NCBI GenBank assembly: GCA_023250585.1 | Contig: JAHFAK010000001.1 | Location: forward strand, 232-64,231 | Direction of reading: 5' to 3' | DNA from: Deltaproteobacteria bacterium | GTDB taxonomy: Bacteria; Bdellovibrionota_F; JAHFAK01 | DNA: 64,000 nt | In this document: positions 1 through 9,717 of the stretch, piece after piece | Numbering within the stretch: position 1 is the first letter of the stretch | Layout: each line of letters starts with the position of its first letter | Made by a program: the position numbers and the translations under genes | Notes under the pieces: generated by a model | Databases searched by the model: none | Told to the model about the DNA's origin: nothing | Seen by the model: the letters and a program-made list of their open reading frames with translations, nothing else

Positions 1-279
1 TTCAGGAATAATTGCTGATTCTCCTTGCATTAGTGAGTATGTTTTATTTCTTTTCTTAACAATAATTTCAATATTTCCCTCTGCAACAAAGAGATCATGT
101 TCGTGATTAGTAAAAAAATTTTTTATTGTAGAATGTAGATTTAATTCAACTTTATAAACACTAAATGCTGGCCTCAGAATAACTAAACGTATCATTCGAG
201 AGTTCTTGCGGTTCAAATAAAACCCAATTAACAACCCTTCCTCTCTCATCCGAGATAGGAACATAAATCCATGCTTCAT
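1..279 (-). CDS. partial cyclic-nucleotide-binding (Crp-like effector domain) protein; N-terminal part only, gene continues past window start
   Basis: Open frame on minus strand from ATG at 279 to the window edge. Translation ...HEHDLFVAEGNIEIIVKKRNKTYSLMQGESA fits the cNMP-binding beta-roll pattern (D-LY-V-SG-V-V ... GE-A). Not in the ORF track because it is truncated at the edge. Confidence 0.35.
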   Translation of the reverse strand, partial: MKHGFMFLSRMREEGLLIGFYLNRKNSRMIRLVILRPAFSVYKVELNLHSTIKNFFTNHEHDLFVAEGNIEIIVKKRNKTYSLMQGESAIIPE

Positions 280-1025
280 TTTTAGTATGTTTATTTTTGT
301 AAGGAAACTCTGTTGAAAGCGTTTTTAAAAATACGAACGATTTGGAAATATCTCTCGTAAATCAATATCTGTACGCTTAACAACCGATGGATGATCAGGA
401 TGTATTGAATTCATCTAGTTTTCAGCAATACTAAGTAAATTCTTACTAGAACCTAGAAGAAGGTTATTTCCTTGTGCAGCCCATGGATAATACACAGGAA
501 TTGTTTTGGTAATAAGAGGTTCTAGTTGTCTTTTTACAAATCTCATTTAATGCCTTCTCTTAAAAAGTCTTGAGCATATCAAGCAATTGATTGAATGTTA
601 GATCCAGTAACAAGAATAGTCTTTTCAGGCTCATTCATAATTAACTCTTCATAATTCAATTCATTAAAGTTTACTGATTGATTCAATACATACGATAATT
701 GGGTCATACCTACTTAAAAGTAAAAAATATAGTATAAGTTGATGATGATCAATGAGAAATAAGTATATACAATGTGAGCGTATCTCAGAGACAAAATTGA
801 AAGAATAGTGAAGTATTTTAGTCAAGATCTTTCTGAGATGCAGATATCAAATTTAAGAGAATTAAGTCGTAATGCAGCCAATAAAATTCTCCGTGTTTTA
901 AGAAAACGTATTGCCTCTCTTTGTGAGCAAGAATCTCCCTTCAAAGGAGAAATCGAGGTTTATGAATCCTTTAAAATCAATATAGTCTAAACGGTTAAAT
1001 TTATATTTCGCATTATATTTTATGG

Positions 1026-3152
1026 TTGCATTTTATGTTATCCCGTTCTATAAAGAAAAGAATGAACCGTATTATCTTATTTTTCTTTGCATTATATTAT
1101 ACGCTTGGTTTTACTTCTCTTAGAGCGCAGGAGCACCAATTAGAATATCCAAAAAATTTTATTGTAAAACATCCTCCTTCTGATGAACCACAAAGTAACT
1201 CTCAAGAAGAGGTACGTAATTACTTAACTGCAAAAAATATACTCGAAATTGTAAAGCTCCCGAAAAGAAATGAAGAACGCGAAGAATTCAAAAAAAAATT
1301 ACTCGAATTATACCATAATGGCTTAATTGATTATCTTGTATTTGCAATTCACTATGCCGGTGATTCAAATTATAAAACAAAACTCAACGAACTCTTAATT
1401 AAGTATGAACAATTTGTCGAAACAGTTCGCCAAGAACTGAAACAAGAAGAATCACAATTGACATTTTCCGAGAAAGAAAAATACGTATTGCAAAACAATA
1501 ATACATTACCAAAGGCACAAGAGTATTTACAAAATCTAGAAACGGAAGATACTTCTTTATATCAAAAAGCTATTGAACTATCATTTAAGTCACTCTTTTA
1601 CGGTCAACGAATTTTCAAAGAATATTTTCAAGGAAAAATACTGAGTTACGACAAATTTGATTGTGATGAAATGTCAGTAATACTTCAAAAATTAATAAGT
1701 GAATTTAGGATAGGCTACAATAGTTACATTGCAAGTAATAAACACGTTTCGTTACGGCTTAATTCTTTTCCGCTCGTTATTGATAGTCACGATATGCGTA
1801 TACGATCACTCGTAGAATTTGCTACAAAGGCAGAATATAAATCGAAAGAAGTCGGTAGTTATTTTTTAAGAGATCATGAGAACCATTATCTTGGAGTATA
1901 TGAAGAAGGTGCTTACCCTAAAAAAATCAAAGGATACACACAAGAAGTGAATAGACCATATCGCGTAAGCAAGGATGAAATGCTCTTGGGACTTATACTT
2001 GATTTAGCAAATCAACAAAAACTTATCTCAGTGCAAATTGATCTTTACGAATTTATTCTGGAACTTAACCCTGACTATTTATTTGCTCATCATAATTATG
2101 CTAATTTACTTTTTAAAAACGGTAAAAATGTGGATGCAAAGAAACATTACGAAAGAGCACTAATGATTAATTCTTATTATGCTGATACGTATTACAATTA
2201 TGCTATTTTATTCTCCTCGGAAAGTAATTTTCAAACGGCAAGGCAGTATTTTGAAATTGCTCTATCAATCGATCCTAATAATGCAGAAGCTCACTATAGC
2301 TATGCAAATTTATTAAATAAATTGGACAAGAAAGAGGAAGCACAGAAGCATTACGAATATGCATTAGAAATTGATCCTCAAAATGCGAATGCTCATAACA
2401 ATTATGCGGTTTTTATGAATTCACAGGGAAATAGAGTAGCAGCACGGGTCCATTATCAAATGGCTTGGATGAATAACCCTAATCATGCAGAAGCTTTTTA
2501 CAATTATGCAAATTTTCTCTTGAAAGAAGAAGACTTTAAGGAAGCCCGATTATATTACACAATAGCACTCGAGATTAATCCTCATTTTGTAGAAGCTCAC
2601 TATAGTTATGCAGCTTCACTATATAAAGAAGGGAAGATTGAAGAAGCTAAAGTACATTACAAAAAAGTACTGGAGCTGAATCCTCTTTATGAAGATGTTT
2701 TATATAGTTATGCATTTTTACTTCAGAAGCTTGGAGATAAAAAAGGAGCGCAAGAATATTACGAAAAAGCTATAGAAAAAAATCCCAATGATGCCCCTTC
2801 TCATAATAATCTTGCAGTTTTACTCAATCAAGTAAGAGATAAAGAAAGGGCCCACATGCATTTCAAAAAGGCTCTTGAAATAGATCCTACAAACGTAGAA
2901 TATATTGGTAATTATGCGGTCAGTCTTGAAGGATTTGGAAATCAAGCAGAAGCGGGAGAATACTTTAGAGAAGCTCTAAGATTAGATGCAAATAACACTG
3001 TTATTAATTATCAATATGCTCAGCACTTGTTTGAATTAAAAAATTATGAAGATGCTCGTAAGCATTTAGATAAATACAGAGAACTCCTCCATAATCACAG
3101 TGATAATAATTTTAGAGAACTTGATGAACAATTGAAAAATAAAGGATTTTAG
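1026..3152 (+). CDS. TPR-repeat protein with N-terminal signal peptide (secreted or lipoprotein)
   Basis: N-terminus MHFMLSRSIKKRMNRIILFFFALYYTLGFTSLRAQ has basic and hydrophobic segments. The C-terminal half holds about 12 consecutive 34-aa TPR units with pattern A-A-YNYA-L---G----A---Y--AL-I-P-N. Confidence 0.85.
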   Translation: MHFMLSRSIKKRMNRIILFFFALYYTLGFTSLRAQEHQLEYPKNFIVKHPPSDEPQSNSQEEVRNYLTAKNILEIVKLPKRNEEREEFKKKLLELYHNGLIDYLVFAIHYAGDSNYKTKLNELLIKYEQFVETVRQELKQEESQLTFSEKEKYVLQNNNTLPKAQEYLQNLETEDTSLYQKAIELSFKSLFYGQRIFKEYFQGKILSYDKFDCDEMSVILQKLISEFRIGYNSYIASNKHVSLRLNSFPLVIDSHDMRIRSLVEFATKAEYKSKEVGSYFLRDHENHYLGVYEEGAYPKKIKGYTQEVNRPYRVSKDEMLLGLILDLANQQKLISVQIDLYEFILELNPDYLFAHHNYANLLFKNGKNVDAKKHYERALMINSYYADTYYNYAILFSSESNFQTARQYFEIALSIDPNNAEAHYSYANLLNKLDKKEEAQKHYEYALEIDPQNANAHNNYAVFMNSQGNRVAARVHYQMAWMNNPNHAEAFYNYANFLLKEEDFKEARLYYTIALEINPHFVEAHYSYAASLYKEGKIEEAKVHYKKVLELNPLYEDVLYSYAFLLQKLGDKKGAQEYYEKAIEKNPNDAPSHNNLAVLLNQVRDKERAHMHFKKALEIDPTNVEYIGNYAVSLEGFGNQAEAGEYFREALRLDANNTVINYQYAQHLFELKNYEDARKHLDKYRELLHNHSDNNFRELDEQLKNKGF

Positions 3153-3187
3153 GCAAGAAAATTGATAAGTCGAAATGTTTTGATTGA

Positions 3188-5104
3188 TTATGTAAACACT
3201 ATATCGAGTTTATTTACCATTAAAATATCTTTTGGAGTGTCCTTCTTAGATTCTGGTTTAGGCACGTAATTTACTAATGACATAAGGAATTCAATTGTCA
3301 TTCTCTCTTTACTATCATGAGCCTTTTCAATGACTATATCAATAGCCTGTTTTAAAACATCCCATTCAAATAATGTCGGGTCAGCTACCATTATTTCTTC
3401 ATACTTTGTTTTTCGATTCACTTCTTCACTATATAGTGATTCATTAATTTTCTCGCCCTCTCGTAAGCCAGTATAGTGTATTTCAATATCTTTATGTGGC
3501 TCTCTACCCATAAGGTATATGAGATTTTCTGCCATCTCTACAATCTTTACAGGGTTACCCATATCGAGAATAAATACTTCCCCTCCTTCACCAATAGATG
3601 CTGCCTGAAGAACTAATTGCACCGCTTCATTCGTCAGCATAAAATAACGAGTAATATCAGGGTGGGTGACCGTAACGGGGCCTCCGTTTTTAATCTGTTC
3701 AATAAATTTTGGAATAACACTTCCTGAACTACCCAGTACATTACCAAATCGGACTGCAACGAATTCCGTTTTTGAATATCTATTAAAGTTTTGTAAAAAA
3801 AGCTCGGCAACGCGTTTTGTTGCGCCCATAATATTTGCCGGCTTTACTGCCTTATCAGTTGAAATGAGTACAAATTTTTCAACGTTATATTTATCAGAAA
3901 TGAGGGCGACATTCTTTGTACCTTCAATATTATTAATAATAGCTTGGCGGGCATTGTCCTCAAGCATATGAACATGCTTGTATGCCGCTGCATGAAATAC
4001 AATATGTGGTTTAAAATCTCGAAAAATACTTTCAAGATAGTCTCGTGATACGATATCGCAGAGTACATACTCAATTCCATTACTATCACTGAATTCTTCT
4101 CGTAAATTGTAGAGACCAACTTCAGATTGATCGAGTGCAATAATCTGTGAAGGATTATGTCTTTTACATTGTCTTACCAGTTCACTACCGATAGATCCAC
4201 CAGCTCCGGTTATTACAATTTTTTTGTCACGTATCAATAGTTCTATAGCCTCCATATCGAGATTACGAGGAGATCTCTTCAAGAGATCAGAAATTTCTAA
4301 ATTTCGTATTTGTGGCTCGATTTCAAGAATCTTCGTAAAATCGGGAATCAGCCTGCACATAATTCCATGACGTCTACAATCTCTAACAATATCACGAAGT
4401 CTTTGGCTTTCCAATTTCGAGATAGCCACAACAAGTTCATCTATTGCATATTTTAAGACAAGTCCATTGAGATCATTCCATGTACCCAAAACGGGAATAT
4501 TATGAATAATATTCTTCCGTTTTCGTATATCATCATCAATGAAACCGACAGGAATATAGGAAACACGATCAGAATACCGTAATTGCCTGAGAGCCATAGC
4601 TCCCAAATTCCCAGCACCATAAACGAGGATTCTTTTTCCTTGCCGAGATTTTAATACATATTCTTGATAGAGTCGTATTGCGAATCGTGAACCACCTACT
4701 AAAAATTGAGTCAGTAATAAATCAATAATGAGAATACGAAATTCAAATGAAGTATTTACAAAATAAAAAATTGGGGCAACAATAATGCTACTCGCTGTCG
4801 TTGCTTTAATAATCGCAAGGACAAAATCAAAACTCGCATAGCGGAGTATAGCTCTATAAAGACCAAGGTTAATGAAAACTGCTATTTTGATAAGAACGAT
4901 AATCAAAAATGATAAAATTGTGTTATGACTAATATTCAGTGTTAAATCTTTACCTGAAAGTAGAGATGCACTAAATAAAGAAACAAATATAATAACACTG
5001 TCTATTATACTAAAAACTATTAAACGCTTGAATTTACTCTTTGGTTTAAATAGTTCTTCAAAAAATGATGCTCTAATCCTATTAAGAGTACTTTTATTAT
5101 TCAT
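3188..5104 (-). CDS. membrane-anchored UDP-N-acetylglucosamine 4,6-dehydratase (CapD/PglF/WbpM/FlaA1 family)
   Basis: Four N-terminal TM helices, then Rossmann motif RILVYGAGNLGAMALRQL, then a second Rossmann motif KKIVITGAGGSIGSELVRQ followed by GNVLGSSGSVIP, typical of the polysaccharide biosynthesis CapD family. Confidence 0.85.
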   Translation of the reverse strand: MNNKSTLNRIRASFFEELFKPKSKFKRLIVFSIIDSVIIFVSLFSASLLSGKDLTLNISHNTILSFLIIVLIKIAVFINLGLYRAILRYASFDFVLAIIKATTASSIIVAPIFYFVNTSFEFRILIIDLLLTQFLVGGSRFAIRLYQEYVLKSRQGKRILVYGAGNLGAMALRQLRYSDRVSYIPVGFIDDDIRKRKNIIHNIPVLGTWNDLNGLVLKYAIDELVVAISKLESQRLRDIVRDCRRHGIMCRLIPDFTKILEIEPQIRNLEISDLLKRSPRNLDMEAIELLIRDKKIVITGAGGSIGSELVRQCKRHNPSQIIALDQSEVGLYNLREEFSDSNGIEYVLCDIVSRDYLESIFRDFKPHIVFHAAAYKHVHMLEDNARQAIINNIEGTKNVALISDKYNVEKFVLISTDKAVKPANIMGATKRVAELFLQNFNRYSKTEFVAVRFGNVLGSSGSVIPKFIEQIKNGGPVTVTHPDITRYFMLTNEAVQLVLQAASIGEGGEVFILDMGNPVKIVEMAENLIYLMGREPHKDIEIHYTGLREGEKINESLYSEEVNRKTKYEEIMVADPTLFEWDVLKQAIDIVIEKAHDSKERMTIEFLMSLVNYVPKPESKKDTPKDILMVNKLDIVFT

Positions 5105-5113
5105 TGGTATAGC

Positions 5114-6859
5114 CTATATCGAAAAATCAATATACCCCTCTTCTTTCAGATAGTAAAGGATATGAGCAACAGCTTCATGAACATCTATAGTTGTTGTATC
5201 AAGAACAATTTCTGGTTGTTTTGGTATTTCAAAAGGATCACTTATTCCCGTAAAATCTTTCAGATCTCCAGAACGGGCACGTGCATAGAGCCCTTTACGA
5301 TCACGCTCTTCACAGATAGTAAGAGGCGTTGAAACGTACACTTCAATATAGGCTCCATAGTGAGAAATAAGTGCCCTATTTTCTTGTCTAATATGTTCAT
5401 GAGGGGCAATGGGAGCACAGAGCACAATACCACCGTTTTTAGTAATTTCACTTGCTACAAATCCAATCCGTCGAACATTGATTTCTCGATGCTCTTTGGA
5501 AAACCCAAGTTCATTAGACAGGTGTTTTCGAACAATATCCCCATCTAAGAGAGTTACATGTCTTCCGCCATTTTCCCGCAATTTTGCATAGAGTGCTTTT
5601 GCTATCGTTGATTTTCCTGAACCAGAAAGGCCCGTGAAAAAAAGAGTAAAACCCTGTTCTTTCTTGGGAACATAGACTTTTCGTAACTCTTCTATAACTT
5701 CAGGATAAGAAAACCATTCTGGTATCTCTTCTCCTCTTTTCAAAAGATTTCGAAATTCTGTTCCGGAAAGTGTAAGCATGGTAGAATTTTTGGGAACTGA
5801 ATTCTTCGGTACACAGCGGTCTAATTCTTTACAGTAAACCATCTCTTGGAAAGGTATAATCTTAATTCCAATTTCTTTCTCACATGTTTTAACGTATTCT
5901 TGGGCTTCATAAGGTTCGTAAAAGTGATCTCCATTTATTTTTTCCCCCGGTTCCGCATGATCACGCCCAACAATAAAATGAGTACACCCATAACTTTTAC
6001 GAATCAAAGCGTGCCATAGGGCTTCTCTTTTACCTGCCATACGTATTGCTAATGGAAGAACTCGTAATAATACTGTATCTTTTAAATATTTTTCTGATAT
6101 GATTCTATAACAACGAACACGAGTATGATAATCAATATCATCTGGTTTTGTTATTCCTACAACGGGATTGAGAAGGACATGTCCTTGTACTTCATCACAT
6201 GCACGGAGTATAACTTCAACATGAGCTCGATGGAAAGGATTACGTGTTTGGAATCCAATCACTCGATTCCATCCATATTTTTGTAATTCCTCTTTTACTT
6301 CTTGTGGAGTCTTTCGCAGATCTTGAATATCGTAATGTTTTGGAAGCTCAACACATTCTATTCTCCCACCGCAATAGTACTCTTGCGTCTGATTAAAAAG
6401 ATATGAAACTCCTGAATGCTCAAGGGACGTTGTTCCAAAAATACACTGAGCTTCTTTAAGTTTATCGGGTTTCCAAATATCCTCTATATGAAATACAGCA
6501 AGAGGAACTCCTTCTTCATCACAAAGGGCAACTTCACTCTTTGTTTTTAGAGAACGTACTGTATCAGATGATATATCAAAAACAATAGGTATAGGCCATA
6601 GAGCTCCGTTATCTAAACGAGCATTGGTCAAAACAGAATAATAATCCTTTTGAGAGAGATACCCTTCCAAGGGATTAAAACTTCCATTCATAAGCATCTC
6701 GAGATCACAGAGTTGCCTTGTATTTAAATGAATTTGTGGAAGTTTCTTCGCGTATGAGAGAAGTTCTTTTCTCGAAGTCATAGTATTTTTGAAAATTTGC
6801 GTTGGTTTTCTTTCAATGCTTTCGATCATTATTCCCCGAGTATTACGATAAATATCCAA
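5114..6859 (-). CDS. bifunctional sulfate adenylyltransferase (ATP sulfurylase) / adenylylsulfate kinase (PAPS synthesis)
   Basis: ATP-sulfurylase motifs FQTRNPFHRAHVE and GRDHAEPG. C-terminal APS-kinase P-loop FFTGLSGSGKSTIAKAL. N-terminal PUA-like region. Start may instead be the Met 10 codons downstream (MIESIERK). Confidence 0.9.
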   Translation of the reverse strand: MDIYRNTRGIMIESIERKPTQIFKNTMTSRKELLSYAKKLPQIHLNTRQLCDLEMLMNGSFNPLEGYLSQKDYYSVLTNARLDNGALWPIPIVFDISSDTVRSLKTKSEVALCDEEGVPLAVFHIEDIWKPDKLKEAQCIFGTTSLEHSGVSYLFNQTQEYYCGGRIECVELPKHYDIQDLRKTPQEVKEELQKYGWNRVIGFQTRNPFHRAHVEVILRACDEVQGHVLLNPVVGITKPDDIDYHTRVRCYRIISEKYLKDTVLLRVLPLAIRMAGKREALWHALIRKSYGCTHFIVGRDHAEPGEKINGDHFYEPYEAQEYVKTCEKEIGIKIIPFQEMVYCKELDRCVPKNSVPKNSTMLTLSGTEFRNLLKRGEEIPEWFSYPEVIEELRKVYVPKKEQGFTLFFTGLSGSGKSTIAKALYAKLRENGGRHVTLLDGDIVRKHLSNELGFSKEHREINVRRIGFVASEITKNGGIVLCAPIAPHEHIRQENRALISHYGAYIEVYVSTPLTICEERDRKGLYARARSGDLKDFTGISDPFEIPKQPEIVLDTTTIDVHEAVAHILYYLKEEGYIDFSI

Positions 6860-7679
6860 GGACGTAAATCACTTTGTGATGGGATACAACCTCTCCGTGT
6901 CTTATAGATTGTGGCTCATAATAGGGAGCCATCATATCATTAATCTCTGAAGGGAGCGGTGCAAGCTTCCCAAAGAAAATTCTTTTTAAAAACTCTTTAC
7001 CTTTCATAGTTTTGGGAACAAGATGAAATCGTACTGCTGTCTGTTTAATTAACGAAATAAGATATGCTTTGAGTGATCCAGTATCTACGGGGTATGCTGC
7101 CTTACTTTCTGCTTTAAAACCAAACTTTTCAAGGAGATCTACAAGCTCAGTCGCAGAAAAATACTTTTTACTAAAGGGACTAGGATTAAAATCTGGCCAT
7201 TCTTTATTTGCCGAGCAAATGATTAAAGTACCTCCTTTACGAAGTACGCGTTTTGCTTCCATTAAAAATTTTTTCGGCTGTTCAAAGTAATAAATTGCTT
7301 CATAAAGAATAAGCACATCAAAGGTATTGTTTTCAAAAGGTAAGTGATGCGCATCTATGCTAACTACCTGAATACTATCCCTGTCTTTATACTGTTTTTT
7401 TGCAATTTCTACATTGCAAGGATCAATATCTCCTCCAACTACTTTTTTTGCCTGTGTTGCCAGATATCCTAATCCCTGCCCAGTACCACATGCAACTTCA
7501 AGAACATCTTTATTCTGACAAAATCGAGCAGCAAAGCGATACCGGGTGTAAAGCATCGAAAGCTGCTGTTCTGATGCGCCAATACCCGGTGCTTCTGTTA
7601 TCGAGTTATAATTGGCGGATATATTACTTGTTTCCATAGAATGTATGTACCTTTTCACAAACGTACGTAACCTGATCAT
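6843..7679 (-). CDS. class I SAM-dependent methyltransferase
   Basis: Motif I VLEVACGTGQGLGYL, an acidic residue after beta-2 (GGDID), and a Methyltransf_11-like layout. Confidence 0.75.
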   Translation of the reverse strand: MIRLRTFVKRYIHSMETSNISANYNSITEAPGIGASEQQLSMLYTRYRFAARFCQNKDVLEVACGTGQGLGYLATQAKKVVGGDIDPCNVEIAKKQYKDRDSIQVVSIDAHHLPFENNTFDVLILYEAIYYFEQPKKFLMEAKRVLRKGGTLIICSANKEWPDFNPSPFSKKYFSATELVDLLEKFGFKAESKAAYPVDTGSLKAYLISLIKQTAVRFHLVPKTMKGKEFLKRIFFGKLAPLPSEINDMMAPYYEPQSIRHGEVVSHHKVIYVLGYLS

Positions 7680-8739
7680 TGGTCAATTCTGTGGTTAGGG
7701 GCAACATCAATACACGTTCAAACATTCGTTCAGTTCGTGGAAGTTTATAGTGAGTAAGGCCGAGTGTTTTAAATTGATGTACTCCCTTTCCTCCCCACGG
7801 GATCATAATTTCAATTCCATTACTGCGTAAATGTTCAACTAAGCCTAAGCGATTTTCGGCTTCGATTTCATAATTTTGGTACATATCAAAATGATCGCTT
7901 TCTTTCGAAGGATTTGGTGGAAGATGAACCTGTTTCAGACGAGAAAGATTATCATAATAGAGTTGTGCAATTTCTCTACGTCTTGTTACCCATTGAGGAA
8001 ATAATTTCAATTTCATATCTAATACCGCTGCTTGAACATTATCAAGGCGACAGTTATATGCCCATGCACTCACTTCTCCGGGAATCCCTCGACCATGATC
8101 GCGAAGCGAACGGACTTTTTGAGCAATCTCTTCGCTATTGGTTGTTAATGCTCCTGCATCTCCAAACGCACCAAGCGCCTTTGCAGGATAGAAACTAAAA
8201 CACCCAGCTACGCCAAAAGATCCTCCTCGCTTTCCTTTAAATTCTCCACCCAGAGCCTGAGCTGAATCTTCAATCACTATGAGATTATGTTTCTGTGCGA
8301 TTGCAAGAATCGTATCCATTGTACATACCCGTCCATTTAAATGAACAGGAATAATTGCTTTCGTTTTTGGAGTAATTGCTTTTTCAATGAGATCTACATT
8401 CATGGTATGATCATCACTAATATCAATTAAAACCGGCGTAGCACCTACCATATGAATTGCTTCAGCTGTTGCTACAAAAGTGTGAGAAACAGTAATAACT
8501 TCATCTCCTGTTTTAATACCTGCAGCTCGCATCGCTAGGTGGAGCGCATCGGTACAATTACTCAAACCAACTGCATATTTTGTTCCTACATATGCTGCAA
8601 GATTTTTTTCAAAATTTTCAAGTTGATGACGAAGCATGAGATCCCCATTTGAAAGACAGGCTTCGATCTCTTTCATCATTTCTTTACCCCATTTTTTATA
8701 TTGCTGTCGATAATCAACAAAACGTACGTTCCATTCCAT
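7624..8739 (-). CDS. DegT/DnrJ/EryC1/StrS-family PLP-dependent sugar aminotransferase
   Basis: NCTDALHLAM, DEVITVSHTFVATAEA, and the PLP-lysine region FSFYPAKALGAFGDAGA. Size 371 aa, typical of NDP-keto-sugar aminotransferases. Confidence 0.85.
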   Translation of the reverse strand: MEWNVRFVDYRQQYKKWGKEMMKEIEACLSNGDLMLRHQLENFEKNLAAYVGTKYAVGLSNCTDALHLAMRAAGIKTGDEVITVSHTFVATAEAIHMVGATPVLIDISDDHTMNVDLIEKAITPKTKAIIPVHLNGRVCTMDTILAIAQKHNLIVIEDSAQALGGEFKGKRGGSFGVAGCFSFYPAKALGAFGDAGALTTNSEEIAQKVRSLRDHGRGIPGEVSAWAYNCRLDNVQAAVLDMKLKLFPQWVTRRREIAQLYYDNLSRLKQVHLPPNPSKESDHFDMYQNYEIEAENRLGLVEHLRSNGIEIMIPWGGKGVHQFKTLGLTHYKLPRTERMFERVLMLPLTTELTNDQVTYVCEKVHTFYGNK

Positions 8740-8742
8740 GTT

Positions 8743-9717
8743 TTATCCCTCCTTATATTTCTTAACGTCTGCACCACTATTGATCATTGGTTTCTTATGA
8801 CCAATAATTTGTTTAATATCTTTTAACATTTTCTCTACAGTTAATCCTTGAATTTTACGCAAATAATCTTGATCTCCAACTATAGTAGTATAAACAGAAG
8901 GAAGTGCAAAACGTTTAAAATGAACTTTAGGAAGATTTGATTCTGCAAGCACTTCAGCAACAGCTCCACCGAGCCCTCCAATGATGCTATGCTCTTCAAT
9001 AGCAAAAATTGCTTCTGTTTCACGAGCTGCGCTTAGGATTGCTTCAGTATCAAGGGGCTTTAAGGTATGCATACTTAAGACTCGTGCATTGATATTATCA
9101 CGAAGAAGTCGTTCTCGAAGTTCGGCTACCAGTTTTAATATCCCTCCAGTCGAAATTAAGGTAATATCCGTTCCTTTGAAAAGCTCTAATGCTTTCCCTA
9201 ATGTAAATTCAATTTTTCCGTTATGAACGACAGGCTCTCCAGCTCTTCCCAATCGAAGATAGCAGGGCCCAGTTCTTTCGACGACGGCACGGGTAGCGTA
9301 TTCGGCTTCGATAGGATCGCCAGGAGCAACGACTGTCATCTCGGGAAGCGAACGCATAATTGCTAAATCCTCAATTGCATGATGAGTCATACCTAAGGAT
9401 CCATAGGCATACCCTCCCCCAACCGAGACAATTTTGACATTGGCTTTATGGTAACAAACATCATTTCGAATTTGCTCAAGGCACCGTATTGTTGGAAAAT
9501 TTCCAATTGAATAGGTAAAAACTGTTTTACCTGAAAGTGCGATTCCTGCTGCTATGCCTGTCATGTTCTGTTCAGCGACTCCTGGATTAAGGTACCTCTT
9601 AGAATATTTTTTAGCAAAAGGTTCAACGACTCCAAAACCAAGATCTCCAACGAGAAGATACACTTGTTCATTTTCTTCCGCTATTTTCATTAAGGCATCA
9701 AAAAAAGCGTTTCTCAT
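8743..9717 (-). CDS. transketolase, C-terminal (pyrimidine-binding) subunit
   Basis: GIAEQNMTGIAAGIALSGK and HHAIEDLAIMRSLP motifs of the transketolase Pyr and C-terminal domains. ATGA-type 4-nt overlap with the N-terminal subunit gene. Confidence 0.8.
   Translation of the reverse strand: MRNAFFDALMKIAEENEQVYLLVGDLGFGVVEPFAKKYSKRYLNPGVAEQNMTGIAAGIALSGKTVFTYSIGNFPTIRCLEQIRNDVCYHKANVKIVSVGGGYAYGSLGMTHHAIEDLAIMRSLPEMTVVAPGDPIEAEYATRAVVERTGPCYLRLGRAGEPVVHNGKIEFTLGKALELFKGTDITLISTGGILKLVAELRERLLRDNINARVLSMHTLKPLDTEAILSAARETEAIFAIEEHSIIGGLGGAVAEVLAESNLPKVHFKRFALPSVYTTIVGDQDYLRKIQGLTVEKMLKDIKQIIGHKKPMINSGADVKKYKEG

Noticed and set aside
808-990. 60-aa plus-strand ORF upstream of the TPR gene
   Set aside because: No recognisable motif or RBS context. 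Could be a small protein, but I cannot support it. The region more likely holds the TPR gene promoter.
3666-4140. 101-aa (+) and 98-aa (-) ORFs nested in the CapD-like gene
   Set aside because: Alternative frames of a gene with a clear full-length family match. No motifs.
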